A stretch of DNA of 64,000 bases from the NCBI GenBank assembly GCA_036507475.1, contig DATCJA010000022.1, forward strand, positions 23,093-87,092, read 5' to 3'. Positions 9,601 through 18,575 of the stretch are shown here, in pieces. The position numbers were made by a program, and so were the translations under genes. The DNA is from Vicinamibacterales bacterium (lineage in GTDB: Bacteria > Acidobacteriota > Vicinamibacteria > Vicinamibacterales > UBA2999). How positions within the stretch are numbered: position 1 is the first letter of the stretch; each line of letters starts with the position of its first letter. The notes under the pieces were generated by a model. That model searched no databases, was not told where the DNA came from, and was given only the letters and a program-made list of their open reading frames with translations.

Positions 9601-9993
9601 CGTTGGCGCAAGTACTTTGAATTTGCCCAATCGATGATTGATGATGTGAGCATCGGTCGATTCATCGGGCCATTGATGCAATGCGTCATTCATCGAATCA
9701 ACGTGTCGATGATCGAATCATCGAACCAATGCCTCGATGTTTGAACCAGCCAAGGGCTCGCACTTGATATCCCGATGAAAATGCCCTTGGCTGGTTGGCA
9801 GTATCTCTTTGGCGCGCTCCGCGCGCCTAGAGGACCAATACCTCGATGTTCCTATGACCACATCGATGAACAAGTCATCGATCATCGATGCACAGATTCA
9901 AGAGATGACCACGCTTTCTCCGTGTCTCTGAGTCTCCGTGGCTCGTCTGAGATCGCAGCACCGTGGTGGCCAGCCACGGCGCCCCGAGCTCGA
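9601..9993. repeat. AT-enriched composite hairpin cluster between convergent genes
   Basis: Runs of about 8-nt periodic TCGATGAT/TCGAATCA/TCGAACCA-like units (9625-9745 and 9835-9900). Perfect 14-bp inverted repeat AACCAGCCAAGGGC/GCCCTTGGCTGGTT (9744-9757 and 9783-9796). Palindrome GGCGCGC-TCC-GCGCGCC (9811-9827). One A-family arm (9916-9941). CCGTGG-N7-CCACGG (about 9961-9979). Confidence 0.7.
9916..9941. repeat. A-family periodic arm, opposite orientation
   Basis: TTCTCCGTGTCTCTGAGTCTCCGTGG differs at 1 of 26 positions from 13297-13322. Both are followed by a GTCTGAG motif. Confidence 0.75.
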
Positions 9994-10614
9994 CTACTGG
10001 TCGCGCGGAGCGGCTTTCGAGAGGTACGCCTTCGACGCCGCCTCGTTCTTGAGCGGCGTCGCCTTGTCCGGGTCGATCCGCACCATCAGGTAATCGATGT
10101 GGTCGTCGATCTTCGTGAACCAGTGGCCGGTGCCCGCGGGAATCACCACGACGTCCCCGGTCTTGATCTGGTACGCGACGCCATTGCGAATCTCCGACCC
10201 GTTGTTGCCGGGCCCGTTGAATTCGCGGACCGTGAGCTGCGTGGCCGGCCGCCGCTGCCGGTTGGTGATGTCCGGCCCCAGCATCAGCGTGGCCGAGCCG
10301 TCGATCACGTGGTACACCTCGGAGACGAGGTCGTGCTCGGCCACCGAGTTCGGCGCGGGAGCGTCCAGCTTGCCGCGATGGACCATCCCGATGCCGACGT
10401 GCGCCTTTCCGATCTCGATGTCCCTGACTTGCTGATCGGTGAGCTTTTCGGCGATGGCTTTCTTCGTATACGCCGCGAGCTCACTGGCCGGGATGTAGTA
10501 CCCGGGGCACATGCTGCAGGTGGGCTGCGGATCGGTGGGGTTGATCTTGGTCTGCGCCGCCAGCCCGGACACAATGCACGCGCCGAGCACGAATCCGATC
10601 GACGTCTTCTTCAT
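9994..10614 (-). CDS. secreted cupin domain protein
   Basis: The ORF track frame runs 9994..10698. I set the start at ATG 10614 (MKKTSIGFVLGACIVSGLAAQ, signal peptide). Cupin-like core HDLVSEVYHVIDGSATL...GDVVVIPAGTGHWF. Confidence 0.6.
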   Translation of the reverse strand: MKKTSIGFVLGACIVSGLAAQTKINPTDPQPTCSMCPGYYIPASELAAYTKKAIAEKLTDQQVRDIEIGKAHVGIGMVHRGKLDAPAPNSVAEHDLVSEVYHVIDGSATLMLGPDITNRQRRPATQLTVREFNGPGNNGSEIRNGVAYQIKTGDVVVIPAGTGHWFTKIDDHIDYLMVRIDPDKATPLKNEAASKAYLSKAAPRDQ

Positions 10615-10818
10615 ATGAGCCTCGCTCCTTCGCCCGTTCATTTTTGCGAAACGGGATAGACCGGCACATCGCACCGCAAAACCCGAGCACCGCCCCATGG
10701 CAGAGGCGTGCCCGATGGGGCCCCCGGCGTCCGCGTACGGTGTCGCGTTGCAGGACGCATCGTAGCCTGATCGGGCGGCGCGGAGAAACGGAGAAACAAT
10801 GGATGCAAGCGGCGCCGG

Positions 10819-11343
10819 CTATCTGCCGGCAAGCAGTTCTTCAAGCACCAGGCGTGTCTTCGGCAGCAGCTCCTTCTCGTCGAAGTAGCGGCCCACGATG
10901 GCGAGTGCTTCGTCGACGCTCGAGATGCCGAGGTGCCGGAGCAGGTAGCGCACGTCATCCACATCGTGAAATTCTTCGCCGAGACGCATCGCGGCGCACT
11001 TCATCGCCAACAGATACCCCGGATGGGCCACGAAGACCCGGAGGTGCGGCAGCTCGAGGAAGCGGTCGAACTCCCCGCGGGGACTCAGATAGCCCTTGAC
11101 CGCGTCGTTGAGCCATGTATCAGGGACGCCCGCCTTCCTGGCGACCCGCGCGGCGGCCTCCCGGATGACCCGACTCGGCTTGAAGAATGCGTCGACGTCC
11201 CGTGTGGCGTCGCGCGCGCCAAGAGCGATGCACATCACGGCGCCGCCCACCACGTACAGCTCGCCTTCGACGCCTTCCGCCGCGAGCTCCGCATCGAGGA
11301 GCTCGAACAGGCGCTGGATATCATCCTTCGACAGTCGGGACAT
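10819..11343 (-). CDS. minimal nucleotidyltransferase-fold protein (MNT/DUF6036-like), putative TA component
   Basis: The ORF track frame runs 10819..11661. I set the start at ATG 11343 (MSRLSKDDIQRLFELLD). NTase signature G-G-x(n)-D-x-D in VVGGAVMCIALGARDATRDVDAFF. Sits 10 nt downstream of the RHH gene. Confidence 0.55.
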   Translation of the reverse strand: MSRLSKDDIQRLFELLDAELAAEGVEGELYVVGGAVMCIALGARDATRDVDAFFKPSRVIREAAARVARKAGVPDTWLNDAVKGYLSPRGEFDRFLELPHLRVFVAHPGYLLAMKCAAMRLGEEFHDVDDVRYLLRHLGISSVDEALAIVGRYFDEKELLPKTRLVLEELLAGR

Positions 11344-11353
11344 GCCGGATCCC

Positions 11354-11845
11354 TTACACCCGATCGCCGACCGACGAATCGACGAACAGGTTCCGCCGCT
11401 TGAACGCGACCGGCGCGGCGCGCAGCAGATGTGGACGCAGCCGGGGGAACGGCACGGCGAAGTACGGTTCGTTGACCGGCTCGATATCGCGCGCCCAGGA
11501 TGGCGAGGGTTGTCCCTTGCGGCTCGCCGCCTGCTCGACCATCGCGGCCACATAGTTCTGGACCAGATGGGAGAGGCCCTGCAGCTCGACATCGGCGACG
11601 GCGTCTCGAAACTGAGCCGGCGACAGCCCGGTGAGAAACTCGTTGAGCTCGGCAAGCGCAAAACGCCGGTCCGCCTCGTACTCGAGCTCGCGGAGGATCG
11701 AGCGAAATCGGGCCCGAACGTCCGGCAGGGCGCGGGCGAGCACGTAGCTCGAGACGTCGAGGCCAGCCCTGCTGGCGAGCCGCTTGAGCGCGGCCTTCTG
11801 GGCCGGGGTGACGCGGATCTGGAGCTGGGCGGACTTTGCCAGCAT
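11354..11845 (-). CDS. ribbon-helix-helix (CopG/MobC-like) DNA-binding protein with about 115-aa C-terminal extension
   Basis: 163-aa ORF. The N-terminus QLQIRVTPAQKAALKRLASRAGLDVSSYVLARAL is a classic RHH strand-helix-helix pattern. Preceded by a perfect palindrome. Confidence 0.55.
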   Translation of the reverse strand: MLAKSAQLQIRVTPAQKAALKRLASRAGLDVSSYVLARALPDVRARFRSILRELEYEADRRFALAELNEFLTGLSPAQFRDAVADVELQGLSHLVQNYVAAMVEQAASRKGQPSPSWARDIEPVNEPYFAVPFPRLRPHLLRAAPVAFKRRNLFVDSSVGDRV

Positions 11846-11875
11846 ATGCCAGGGTAGATCGGCGCGCGCGCTTAC

Positions 11876-11895
11876 GTCAATACATATGTATTGAC
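11876..11895. promoter_or_regulatory. perfect 20-bp palindrome, candidate RHH operator
   Basis: GTCAATACATATGTATTGAC read directly. Starts 31 nt upstream of the RHH start codon and contains TTGAC(G) in the gene orientation. Confidence 0.45.
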
Positions 11896-12002
11896 ACAGA
11901 TGGTGGATGAGCCTCTCTGACGCGGGTCGGGGCGAGTCGCCTAACCGTGCTCTCTAGTGTCACAGAGTCTCGGTGGCCCGTCGGATATGCCAGCGTCGCG
12001 GG

Positions 12003-12518
12003 TCAACCGCGGTCTTTGAGCGCGCGAGCCATCTGCGACACTCGCCGGCCGTGAGAGCGCGCATTCGCGATGGCGTCTTCCGCATCGGCCGGGGCCGGCA
12101 CGACAATCAATCCCGCGCCTGCCGCCCGGGCATAGATCGACGCGAGCACCGACTCGCTCCGGCGCGATGCGAGCGGCGCGGCAATCTTGTCGGCCATCGA
12201 ACCGAGGGAACGCAGCGAATCGACGTACCGCTCCAACTCGATTGAGGAATCGGCAGGCGTGGCAAGCACAATGACGTCGGCCCAGATCGGATCGGCTGGG
12301 CGAGGAGCCACGTAATCCATGTGCATCCGGTCGAGGTTCCGCATCCACTCCGGGTCGGCCTGAATCGTCTTCGGGTCGGCGACATCCGCGATCCGTCGCA
12401 GACGGATACCAGCCTTTGCCTGAATCGCGCCGACGCCAGCCGCGAGGGCCAGTTGTTCGGTCTTTCCGTAGCGCGAATAGAACGCCACGAGGACATTGAC
12501 GTCTATCACGCGACCCAC
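12003..12518 (-). CDS. flavodoxin-like fold protein (WrbA/NAD(P)H:quinone oxidoreductase-like)
   Basis: 171-aa ORF. VNVLVAFYSRYGKTEQLALAAGVGA resembles the flavodoxin-like FMN-binding N-terminus. Starts 2 nt after the pirin stop. Confidence 0.55.
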   Translation of the reverse strand: MGRVIDVNVLVAFYSRYGKTEQLALAAGVGAIQAKAGIRLRRIADVADPKTIQADPEWMRNLDRMHMDYVAPRPADPIWADVIVLATPADSSIELERYVDSLRSLGSMADKIAAPLASRRSESVLASIYARAAGAGLIVVPAPADAEDAIANARSHGRRVSQMARALKDRG

Positions 12519-12519
12519 C

Positions 12520-13227
12520 CTACGCGAGATCGAACAGCAGAAGCTCGGCTCCTGCGCCCGTCCCTTGCAACGACAGCACCGGCTCGTCGCTCACCGCCAC
12601 ACCGTCACCCGTCTCGAGAGCCACACCGTTGACTTCGAGCTCACCTGCAGCGCACTGCACCCACGCATGGCGTCCTGCGGCGATCGGATAGTCGATCGCC
12701 TCACCGCCACCGAGCACCGCCGCATACATGCGGGCGTCCTGATGAATGAAGGCCGACGGAGGAGTCGTATTCCTGTCGGGACCCGCGATGAGGCGCAGCG
12801 CGCCGCGCTTCTCCGATGGGTCGTAGGCGAACTGCTGATACGAGGGCTCCACATCGGTCGTCGAGGGTACGAGCCAGACTTGGAGGAAGTGCGTCGCTTC
12901 GGTCGTCGACGCGTTGAACTCGCTGTGGATCACCCCTGTGCCCGCGCTCATCGCCTGGACCTCGTTCGGCCCGAGCACATGCGCTTCGCCCATGCTGTCC
13001 TTGTGCGCGAGCTTCCCTTCCATCACGTACGACAGGATCTCCATGTCGCGATGCCCGTGCGCGCCGAACCCTTTGCCTGCCGCCACGCGATCGTCATTGA
13101 GCACGCGCAACGCGCGAAAGCCCATGTGATTCGGATCGTGGTAGCTACCAAAGGAAAACGTGTGGTAGCTGCTCAGCCAGCCAAGATTGCTGCGGCCGCG
13201 GTCCGCCGCTTTTCGGAGTGTGAGCAT
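12520..13227 (-). CDS. pirin family protein
   Basis: The ORF track frame runs 12520..13266. I set the start at ATG 13227 (MLTLRKAADRGRSNLGWLSSYHTFSFGSYHDPNHMGFRALRVLNDD). Metal ligands in GFGAHGHRDMEILSYVMEG. Confidence 0.85.
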   Translation of the reverse strand: MLTLRKAADRGRSNLGWLSSYHTFSFGSYHDPNHMGFRALRVLNDDRVAAGKGFGAHGHRDMEILSYVMEGKLAHKDSMGEAHVLGPNEVQAMSAGTGVIHSEFNASTTEATHFLQVWLVPSTTDVEPSYQQFAYDPSEKRGALRLIAGPDRNTTPPSAFIHQDARMYAAVLGGGEAIDYPIAAGRHAWVQCAAGELEVNGVALETGDGVAVSDEPVLSLQGTGAGAELLLFDLA

Positions 13228-13262
13228 CGCCTTCCTTCCCTCTCGATTTGCTCCCAAACGGG

Positions 13263-13322
13263 CCACGGAGTCACGGAGACACAGAGAAGATCTGGTTTCT
13301 CCGTGTCTCTGCGTCTCCGTGG
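13263..13322. repeat. A-family complete hairpin
   Basis: CCACGGAGTCACGGAGACACAGAGAA - GATCTGGT - TTCTCCGTGTCTCTGCGTCTCCGTGG, between pirin and acnA. Confidence 0.8.
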
Positions 13323-13340
13323 CCTGTCTGAGCCGAAAGC

Positions 13341-13370
13341 GTAGCGCGCAGGCTTAAGCCTGCGCGCTAC
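13341..13370 (-). terminator. perfect 13-bp hairpin enclosing the acnA stop codon
   Basis: GTAGCGCGCAGGC TTAA GCCTGCGCGCTAC. The acnA TAA lies in the 4-nt loop and only a weak U tract follows (GCUUUCGG). Confidence 0.4.
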
Positions 13371-16113
13371 CTCTCATGAGCTGCCGGACGACGTACGGCA
13401 GGATGCCGCCGTGATGGAACGCAACGAGCTCCTCGGGAGTGTCTATTCGAGCGGCGGCAACGAACGTGGCCGTCGTCCCATCGGCACGCCGCGCGACGAT
13501 TCGTACATCACTGCGTGGCGCGAGACCGTCGGCAACGCCAAGCAGATCGAACGATTCAGTGCCCGTCACCTTCAACGACGCGGCGCTGTGGCCCGCCTTG
13601 AATTCCAGCGGCAGCACGCCCATGTTGACGAGGTTGCTGCGGTGAATGCGCTCGAACGATTCGGCGATCACCGCTTTGACGCCGAGCAGCTGGGTCCCCT
13701 TCGCGGCCCAGTCGCGTGACGAACCCGAACCGTATTCCTTGCCGGCAATGACCAGCAGCGGCACGCCCGCCTCGCGATAGCGGACAGAGGCGTCGTAAAT
13801 CGTCATCACCTCGCCGCCCGGCTGATACTGCGTCCAGCCTCCTTCGGTGCCCGGCGCCACCTGGTTGCGGAGGCGCACGTTGGCAAACGTGCCGCGGACC
13901 ATGACTTCATGATTGCCACGGCGAGCGCCATACGAGTTGAAGTCCGACGGCTTGACGCCTCGCTCGATGAGGTACCGGCCTGCGGGACTGTCGGCTTTGA
14001 TCGAGCCGGCAGGCGAGATGTGGTCGGTCGTGATGCTGTCACCGAGGAGCGCCAGCACGCGCGCGCCAGTGATGTCTTTCGGTGGGGACGGCGTCATCGT
14101 CATCCCCTCGAGGAACGTCGGCTTCCGGATGTACGTGGACACATCGTCCCAGTGGAAGCGGTTCCCTTCAGGAACAGGCAGCCCTTGCCACCGCGCGTCA
14201 CCCGCGAACACATCCGCATAGCTCTTTCGGAACATCTCGGCGTTGACGGCGCGGAGCATCGTCTCCTGCAGCTCGTGCTCGGTTGGCCAGATGTCCTTCA
14301 GGAAGACCGGGTTCCCCGCGGGATCTTCCCCGAGCGGCTCGGTTGTCAAGTCTTTCGTCACCCAACCGGCGATGGCATAGGCGACGACGAGCGGTGGAGA
14401 CGCCAGATAGTTGGCGCGGACTTCCTGCTGGATGCGGCCCTCGAAGTTGCGGTTGCCGCTCAGAACGGAACAGACCACGAGATTCCGATCGCGGATCACC
14501 GCTGATACCTCGTCAGGCAATGGACCGCTGTTGCCGATGCACGTCGTGCAGCCATATCCGACCAGATTGAAACCCAACTCGTCGAGGTAGCGCGTCAATC
14601 CGGCTGCGTTGAGGTACTCGGTCACGACTTTCGAACCAGGCGCGAGGCTGCTCTTCACCCACGGTTTCCGCCTCAATCCTCTTTCAATCGCCTTCTTGGC
14701 CAGGAGACCCGCGCCAATCATGACGCTTGGGTTCGACGTGTTCGTGCAGCTCGTAATCGCAGCGATGACGACCGCGCCATGATCGAGCCCATCGAGCACC
14801 GGGTCGGCGACGGCAACACCCGACTGCGCAACGGCGCTCGTTGCCGTGGCAACACCTTGCCTCGCGCCCCCGGCATCCGCCGGCCTGGCCGACCTCGGTG
14901 GCGATTGCATTGTCGGCAGCGCCGAGTAGAAGGCCGTCTTCGCGCGCGTGAGCGACACACGGTCCTGCGGCCGCTTCGGGCCGGCGAGGCTCGGCTCCAC
15001 GGTCGAGAGGTCGAGCCCGATCACCTCCGTATACCTCGCCTCCGGGCTGTTATCCGTGCGAAACAACCCTTGGGCGCGGGCGTAGTCCTCGACGAGCTGC
15101 ACCTGCGCGTCGTCGCGACCGGTGAGGCGCAGGTAATCGAGGGTCATTTCGTCGATCGGGAAGATGGCGACCGTCGCGCCGTATTCCGGACACATGTTGC
15201 CGAGCGTCGCCCTGTCGGCAATCGTCAGGTGCCGTAATCCTTCGCCGAAAAACTCCACGAACTTGCCAACCACGCCGTGCTTCCGCAGGGATTCGGTGAT
15301 TGTGAGCACGAGGTCCGTGGCCGTGGCACCCCTGGGCAGCACGCCCGTCAAACGGAAGCCGAGGACCTGCGGGATGAGCATCGAAACGGGCTGGCCGAGC
15401 ATGGCTGCTTCAGCTTCGATGCCTCCAACGCCCCACCCCACAACTCCGAGCCCGTTCACCATCGTCGTGTGCGAATCGGTTCCGACGAGGGTATCTGGAT
15501 ACGCCACGGTCTTGCCGTCGACGGCGTCCGAAAAAATGACCCGGGCGAGATATTCCAGATTCACCTGATGGACGATGCCGGTATCAGGGGGGACCACCTT
15601 GAAGTTGCGGAATGCCCGCTGTCCCCATCGCAGGAACGCGTACCGCTCGCGGTTGCGCAAGAACTCCAGTTCCGCGTTCAGCGAAAATGCGTCCGCCCGA
15701 CCGAAATAGTCGACCTGCACGGAATGATCGATGACGAGCTCCACCGGTTGCAGCGGGTTCACGCGGTCGGGATTGCCACCGAGCGCGACGATCGCGTCGC
15801 GCATCACCGCGAGGTCGACGACGCAGGGAACACCTGTGAAGTCCTGCAGGAGGACCCGCGCCGGCATGAAGGAGATTTCTTTGGACGGGGCGCCGGCTGC
15901 GTCCCACTCCGCAACCGCGCGAACGTCGTCTGCCTTGACGAACGCGTTGTCCTCGCGTCGCAGCAGATTCTCGAGCAGGATCTTCAGCGAGTACGGGAGC
16001 CGGGAGACACCGGCGAAACCGGCCCGCTCGAGCGCAGAAAGGCTGTAGATCTGCACCGGTTGTCCGCTGCTCCGGATCTCGGTGCGCGTTCCGAAACTGT
16101 TCGATGTGGACAT
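13354..16113 (-). CDS. acnA: aconitate hydratase A
   Basis: 919-aa ORF with full-length aconitase/IRP-type sequence ([51 protein letters not shown]). Confidence 0.95.
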   Translation of the reverse strand: MSTSNSFGTRTEIRSSGQPVQIYSLSALERAGFAGVSRLPYSLKILLENLLRREDNAFVKADDVRAVAEWDAAGAPSKEISFMPARVLLQDFTGVPCVVDLAVMRDAIVALGGNPDRVNPLQPVELVIDHSVQVDYFGRADAFSLNAELEFLRNRERYAFLRWGQRAFRNFKVVPPDTGIVHQVNLEYLARVIFSDAVDGKTVAYPDTLVGTDSHTTMVNGLGVVGWGVGGIEAEAAMLGQPVSMLIPQVLGFRLTGVLPRGATATDLVLTITESLRKHGVVGKFVEFFGEGLRHLTIADRATLGNMCPEYGATVAIFPIDEMTLDYLRLTGRDDAQVQLVEDYARAQGLFRTDNSPEARYTEVIGLDLSTVEPSLAGPKRPQDRVSLTRAKTAFYSALPTMQSPPRSARPADAGGARQGVATATSAVAQSGVAVADPVLDGLDHGAVVIAAITSCTNTSNPSVMIGAGLLAKKAIERGLRRKPWVKSSLAPGSKVVTEYLNAAGLTRYLDELGFNLVGYGCTTCIGNSGPLPDEVSAVIRDRNLVVCSVLSGNRNFEGRIQQEVRANYLASPPLVVAYAIAGWVTKDLTTEPLGEDPAGNPVFLKDIWPTEHELQETMLRAVNAEMFRKSYADVFAGDARWQGLPVPEGNRFHWDDVSTYIRKPTFLEGMTMTPSPPKDITGARVLALLGDSITTDHISPAGSIKADSPAGRYLIERGVKPSDFNSYGARRGNHEVMVRGTFANVRLRNQVAPGTEGGWTQYQPGGEVMTIYDASVRYREAGVPLLVIAGKEYGSGSSRDWAAKGTQLLGVKAVIAESFERIHRSNLVNMGVLPLEFKAGHSAASLKVTGTESFDLLGVADGLAPRSDVRIVARRADGTTATFVAAARIDTPEELVAFHHGGILPYVVRQLMRGSAQA

Positions 16114-16130
16114 GGGGTGTGTTGGTTGAA

Positions 16131-16239
16131 GGCTTTAGGCTTTCGACTCTGGGCTCTTGGCCTCTCGTCTGGGCCTGTTCTGCGATGAGCTGCTTCGTCA
16201 CCGCCTAGAGCCTATAGCCCAGAGCCCAGAGCCTAGAGC
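16131..16239. repeat. C-family (CTAGAGCC/GGCTTTAG) periodic-arm hairpin
   Basis: Left arm GGCTTTAGGCTTTCGACTCTGGGCTCTTGGCC..., right arm GCCTAGAGCCTATAGCCCAGAGCCCAGAGCCTAGAGC. Lies between the ABC operon end and the acnA start. Confidence 0.75.
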
Positions 16240-16245
16240 TTTTGA

Positions 16246-17784
16246 TCATACTCCCCGGTCCAGCTCGTCGAGAAACGCTGCGACGACGGCTGCGGGGTCG
16301 AGTCGGCGTGCATCGACGGCGTAGTTCATCCGTCGCATGGTGTCTGCAGTCACTCGTCCGCTCACTCGTCCGATCGCCCTGCCGATTTCAGGGTGCCGCA
16401 GCAGCGTTGCCGAGTGAACCACCGGGACCGCGTCGTAAGGTGGGAAATACTGTCGATCGTCCTCGAGCATCGACAGGCCGAGCGCCTCGATGAGTCCGGC
16501 CGTCGCGTCGCCAGCGACGACGTCAACCTGCCCCTCGGCGAGTGCGCGATACACCAGCGTCAGATCCATCACCCGCGGCTGTTCGCGAAAACGTAACCGG
16601 TAGGTGTCGGCCAGGCCGCGAAAGCCGTCTGGCCGCTCGAGAAACTCATAGCCGAATGCGGCTCGCCACTTCGGCGCGTGCTCGGCCAGCTGCGACAGCC
16701 GCGTCAAGCCCCGCGCGCGCGCGTCGGCGGCCCGAACCAGGATCGCAAATGTATTGCTGAATCCGAGCGGCATCAGCATCGACCTGCCCGAATCGGCATA
16801 GCGCTCTCGTATCTCGTCGAGAACCGCCCTCGAATCGCGTTGTATCGGTCGCTTGAAGACCGCGTTCAGTGCCGTGCCGCTGTATTCGACATAGAGATCG
16901 ATATCGCCAGTCTGAATCGCACGATCGCAGATGAACGTCCCGCCAAGATTGAGCCGCCGATCGACGGGCAGCCCGGCATAGCGCTCGATTGCCTGCGCCA
17001 TCAGCTCACCCAGGATGACCTGTTCGGTGAAGTTCTTCGATCCGACGACGATCCGCTCAGTGCGTGGAGTCGCCGCCAGCGCGACAGCGGCCACGCCGGC
17101 CATCATGGTTGCCGCCGTGAATGCCGCTCGCATCGTGCCCGGAGCACGGCGTCGCGCGGACAGCGCTCGCTCGATCATCAGCAGTCCGCCGTCAACGAGC
17201 ATCGCGAGCGCGGCGGCAGGGACGGCGCCCGCCAGGATGACGGTGGCATCGACCATCGAGAGTCCGCGATAGATGTATTCGCCGAGGCCGCCAGCCCCAA
17301 TCGCGGCGGCAATGGTCACGGTGCCGACGCCGACGACTGCCGACACACGCACGCCGGCGACGATGGCTGGCAGAGCCAGCGGAAATTCCACGCCCATGAG
17401 CCGCTGGCGCGAGGTCATTCCCATCGCGTCCGCGGCTTCGAGGATGGCGGGATCGATGGATCGGATGCCTGCCGCAGTCGTGCGGATGATGGGAAGAAGC
17501 GCGTAGAGGATCAGCGCTGCCAGGGCGGTGCGCGCACCGACACCCCCGACGAGCGGCAGCGGCAGGAGAAAGCCGAAGAGCGCGAGGCTTGGGACGGTTT
17601 GAACGACGCTCGCGGCGGCGGCGATCGGGGCGCCCACGCGGGGCCGGCGCGCGGCGATCACGCCGATCGGCACTCCTGCGGCGACCGCCGCCGCCGTCGA
17701 CACCACCACGAGCGCAACATGCTGACCGAGAAGCGCCCACAGCTCGGAGGCGTGCGACGACCAGAACTGGAATAGCGAGATCAT
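16246..17784 (-). CDS. osmoprotectant (glycine betaine/choline-type) ABC transporter, fused permease and substrate-binding protein
   Basis: The ORF track frame runs 16246..17865. I set the start at ATG 17784 (MISLFQFWSSHASELW). N-terminal half is a BPD-type permease; C-terminal half is OpuBC-like binding domain (IVVGSKNFTEQVILGELMAQ...). Confidence 0.8.
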   Translation of the reverse strand: MISLFQFWSSHASELWALLGQHVALVVVSTAAAVAAGVPIGVIAARRPRVGAPIAAAASVVQTVPSLALFGFLLPLPLVGGVGARTALAALILYALLPIIRTTAAGIRSIDPAILEAADAMGMTSRQRLMGVEFPLALPAIVAGVRVSAVVGVGTVTIAAAIGAGGLGEYIYRGLSMVDATVILAGAVPAAALAMLVDGGLLMIERALSARRRAPGTMRAAFTAATMMAGVAAVALAATPRTERIVVGSKNFTEQVILGELMAQAIERYAGLPVDRRLNLGGTFICDRAIQTGDIDLYVEYSGTALNAVFKRPIQRDSRAVLDEIRERYADSGRSMLMPLGFSNTFAILVRAADARARGLTRLSQLAEHAPKWRAAFGYEFLERPDGFRGLADTYRLRFREQPRVMDLTLVYRALAEGQVDVVAGDATAGLIEALGLSMLEDDRQYFPPYDAVPVVHSATLLRHPEIGRAIGRVSGRVTADTMRRMNYAVDARRLDPAAVVAAFLDELDRGV

Positions 17785-17789
17785 AGCCG

Positions 17790-18515
17790 TCAGTTGAACG
17801 CGGATTCGACGAGCGTTCGCACAGTCGGGTGCGTCGACGTCTCGAGTGCCGAACGGGGGCCGCACGCTACGAGCAGACCCGCGTCGAGCACACCAATGCG
17901 ATCCGCCAGGGCGAATGCCTCGCGCATGTCATGTGTCACGAGCACAATCGTCTTGCGCACTCGGCGCTGAATGCGTCCGAACTCGCGGTGCAATTCCGCG
18001 CGGGTGATCGGGTCGAGCGCGCCGAACGGCTCGTCCATCAGAACGACCGGCGGATCGGCGGCAAGCGCCCGAGCGACACCGACGCGCTGCCGCTCCCCAC
18101 CCGACAGCTCATCCGGCCACCGCGCGGCGAACTCACCTGGCGGAAGTCCGACGAGATCGAGGAGCTCGCGTATACGCTCCCCTACACGCTGCGTTGGCCA
18201 TCCCGCAAGGGTTGGTACGAGACCCACGTTTCGCGCCACCGTCATGTGCGGAAACAGCCCGACCTCTTGAAGCACATACCCAGTCTGACGCCGCAGCGCC
18301 GTAGGGTGCCAGGTGCGTGTATCACGTCCGTCCACGAGCACCCGTCCGCCACACGGCTCGAGCATTCGGTTGATGAGCTTGAGAAGCGTGCTCTTGCCGG
18401 CGCCGCTGCGGCCGACAAGCGCAACCGTTTCGCCGCGCTCCACCTGAAACGTGATGTCGCGGAGCACGGTGCAATCGCCGCGCTGGAACTGCACGCCCTC
18501 GAAGGCAATCACCAC
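17790..18515 (-). CDS. ABC transporter ATP-binding protein (OpuA/ProV-like, no CBS domains)
   Basis: 241-aa ORF. Walker A GRSGAGKST, signature LSGGERQRVGVARAL, Walker B VVLMDEP. Confidence 0.9.
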   Translation of the reverse strand: MVIAFEGVQFQRGDCTVLRDITFQVERGETVALVGRSGAGKSTLLKLINRMLEPCGGRVLVDGRDTRTWHPTALRRQTGYVLQEVGLFPHMTVARNVGLVPTLAGWPTQRVGERIRELLDLVGLPPGEFAARWPDELSGGERQRVGVARALAADPPVVLMDEPFGALDPITRAELHREFGRIQRRVRKTIVLVTHDMREAFALADRIGVLDAGLLVACGPRSALETSTHPTVRTLVESAFN

Positions 18516-18575
18516 GCGACTCTACAGCACACGGCACCGTGTTTGCCAAAAGCAGCCTGGATTTTGGATGAAGGG

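Noticed and set aside
9319-10659. ORFs 9319..9693 (minus) and 9775..10659 (plus) as genes in the AT-enriched spacer
   Set aside because: The first is the out-of-frame tail of the kinase pseudogene region running into repeat DNA. The second is antisense to the cupin gene. Neither has an RBS or protein-like sequence.
11354-11845. HEPN toxin identity for the RHH-containing protein (to make an MNT-HEPN pair)
   Set aside because: There is no Rx4-6H motif in the C-terminal 115 residues. The N-terminus is RHH, which HEPN toxins lack.
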